From NCBI GenBank assembly GCA_016930515.1, contig JAFGGO010000185.1, forward strand, positions 1-15,257: DNA of 15,257 nucleotides. The letters run 5' to 3'. Shown in pieces: positions 14,520 through 15,257 of the stretch. The position numbers were made by a program, and so were the translations under genes. The stretch's first letter is position 1. Every line of letters begins with the position of its first letter. The notes beneath the pieces were generated by a model that was given only the letters and a program-made list of their open reading frames with translations, was not told the origin of the DNA and did not search any database. Source of the DNA: Promethearchaeota archaeon (GTDB lineage Archaea > Asgardarchaeota > Lokiarchaeia > Sigyniarchaeales > SOKP01).

Positions 14520-14999
14520 TCATTTTTTGAGCAGGTCCTCGAGTTTGTCTATAATATAATTCAGTACGAGTTTTCTAAAGTTCTTCCGGTCCGCTTGGAA
14601 CACTTTCTTTTCCACATGGAGGTTATCCTGCGTTGAAAAACCGATATAAACCAAACCAACGGGTTTTTTCTCCGTTCCACCACCAGGTCCAGCAATTCCT
14701 GTCACGCTAACTCCAATTTGAACTCCTGACTTTTCTCGAACTTTCTTGGCCATTTGTGATGCCACAATTTCCGAAACGGCGCCATTTTTTATAACAACAT
14801 CAGCTTCCAACCCCAAGAGATCGATTTTAGCTTGATTGCTATAACATATTAATCCTCTTTCAAAGATTTTTGACGCTCCTGGAACGCTCGTGATTTGAGA
14901 AGAGACGTAACCACCCGTGCAGGACTCTGCTATCGCAATACGGATGTTCTCCTTTGAAAGGCGTTCAACAATTTTTTTCAAGGAATTTTTTTTTTCCAA
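14520..14999 (-). CDS. pncC: CinA C-terminal domain / nicotinamide-mononucleotide deamidase (PncC family)
   Basis: IAIAESCTGG, PGASKIF, YSNQAK, GAVSE and SVTGIAGPGGG. TTG start at 14999 is preceded by SD GGGGTGA at 7 nt; the ORF track starts at 15029. Confidence 0.9.
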   Translation of the reverse strand: MEKKNSLKKIVERLSKENIRIAIAESCTGGYVSSQITSVPGASKIFERGLICYSNQAKIDLLGLEADVVIKNGAVSEIVASQMAKKVREKSGVQIGVSVTGIAGPGGGTEKKPVGLVYIGFSTQDNLHVEKKVFQADRKNFRKLVLNYIIDKLEDLLKK

Positions 15000-15257
15000 G
15001 CTTACTTCACCCCGACATTTTTCATACAAACCATTTAAAATTAAATGAGTACTTTTCTCTACACTCTTGTTTGATTAATAATACAGGAAAATGCATCTAA
15101 GTCTAAATATCCTTTTATAGTTCACGATCTAAATTATCTCTTAGTTGGAAATTTTTGAGCATGATCCTTCGAATTGAATTAATATTACTTTTATTAAAAT
15201 TTCATAATCCCTTCTATTTCTAATGGATCAACTTATCTCTTGTTATTTCATCAACAA

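Overview
Archaeal chromosomal window, most likely from an Asgard archaeon of the Lokiarchaeia/Promethearchaeota type. This is an inference from a Rab-like small GTPase without a prenylation tail, an LRR gene with an 'EEFWGHCSNL.AW' head domain I recall from this lineage, and archaeal TATA, GGTGA-SD and oligo-T signals. Left part (1-3.5 kb): an accessory locus with three co-oriented copies of one uncharacterised head domain. One copy is fused to about 15.5 exactly phased 26-aa helical repeats, one is a short pseudogene with two TAG stops that the ORF track misses, and one is fused to a short AT-rich LRR tail. A vapBC-type toxin-antitoxin pair sits between them. Middle (3.6-7.6 kb): an ICMT/PEMT-family methyltransferase, a polytopic membrane protein, a C-terminally membrane-anchored protein with a possible winged helix, and the Rab-like GTPase. 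Right (8-15 kb): a translationally coupled argS - agmatinase - deoxyhypusine-synthase-like unit, an M29 aminopeptidase, a B12-binding radical SAM enzyme and a CinA/PncC NMN deamidase. The best candidate for an undescribed system is the constant-head / variable-repeat-tail family. The second is an agmatine-first polyamine or deoxyhypusine route. No rRNA, tRNA, CRISPR array or transposase was recognised.
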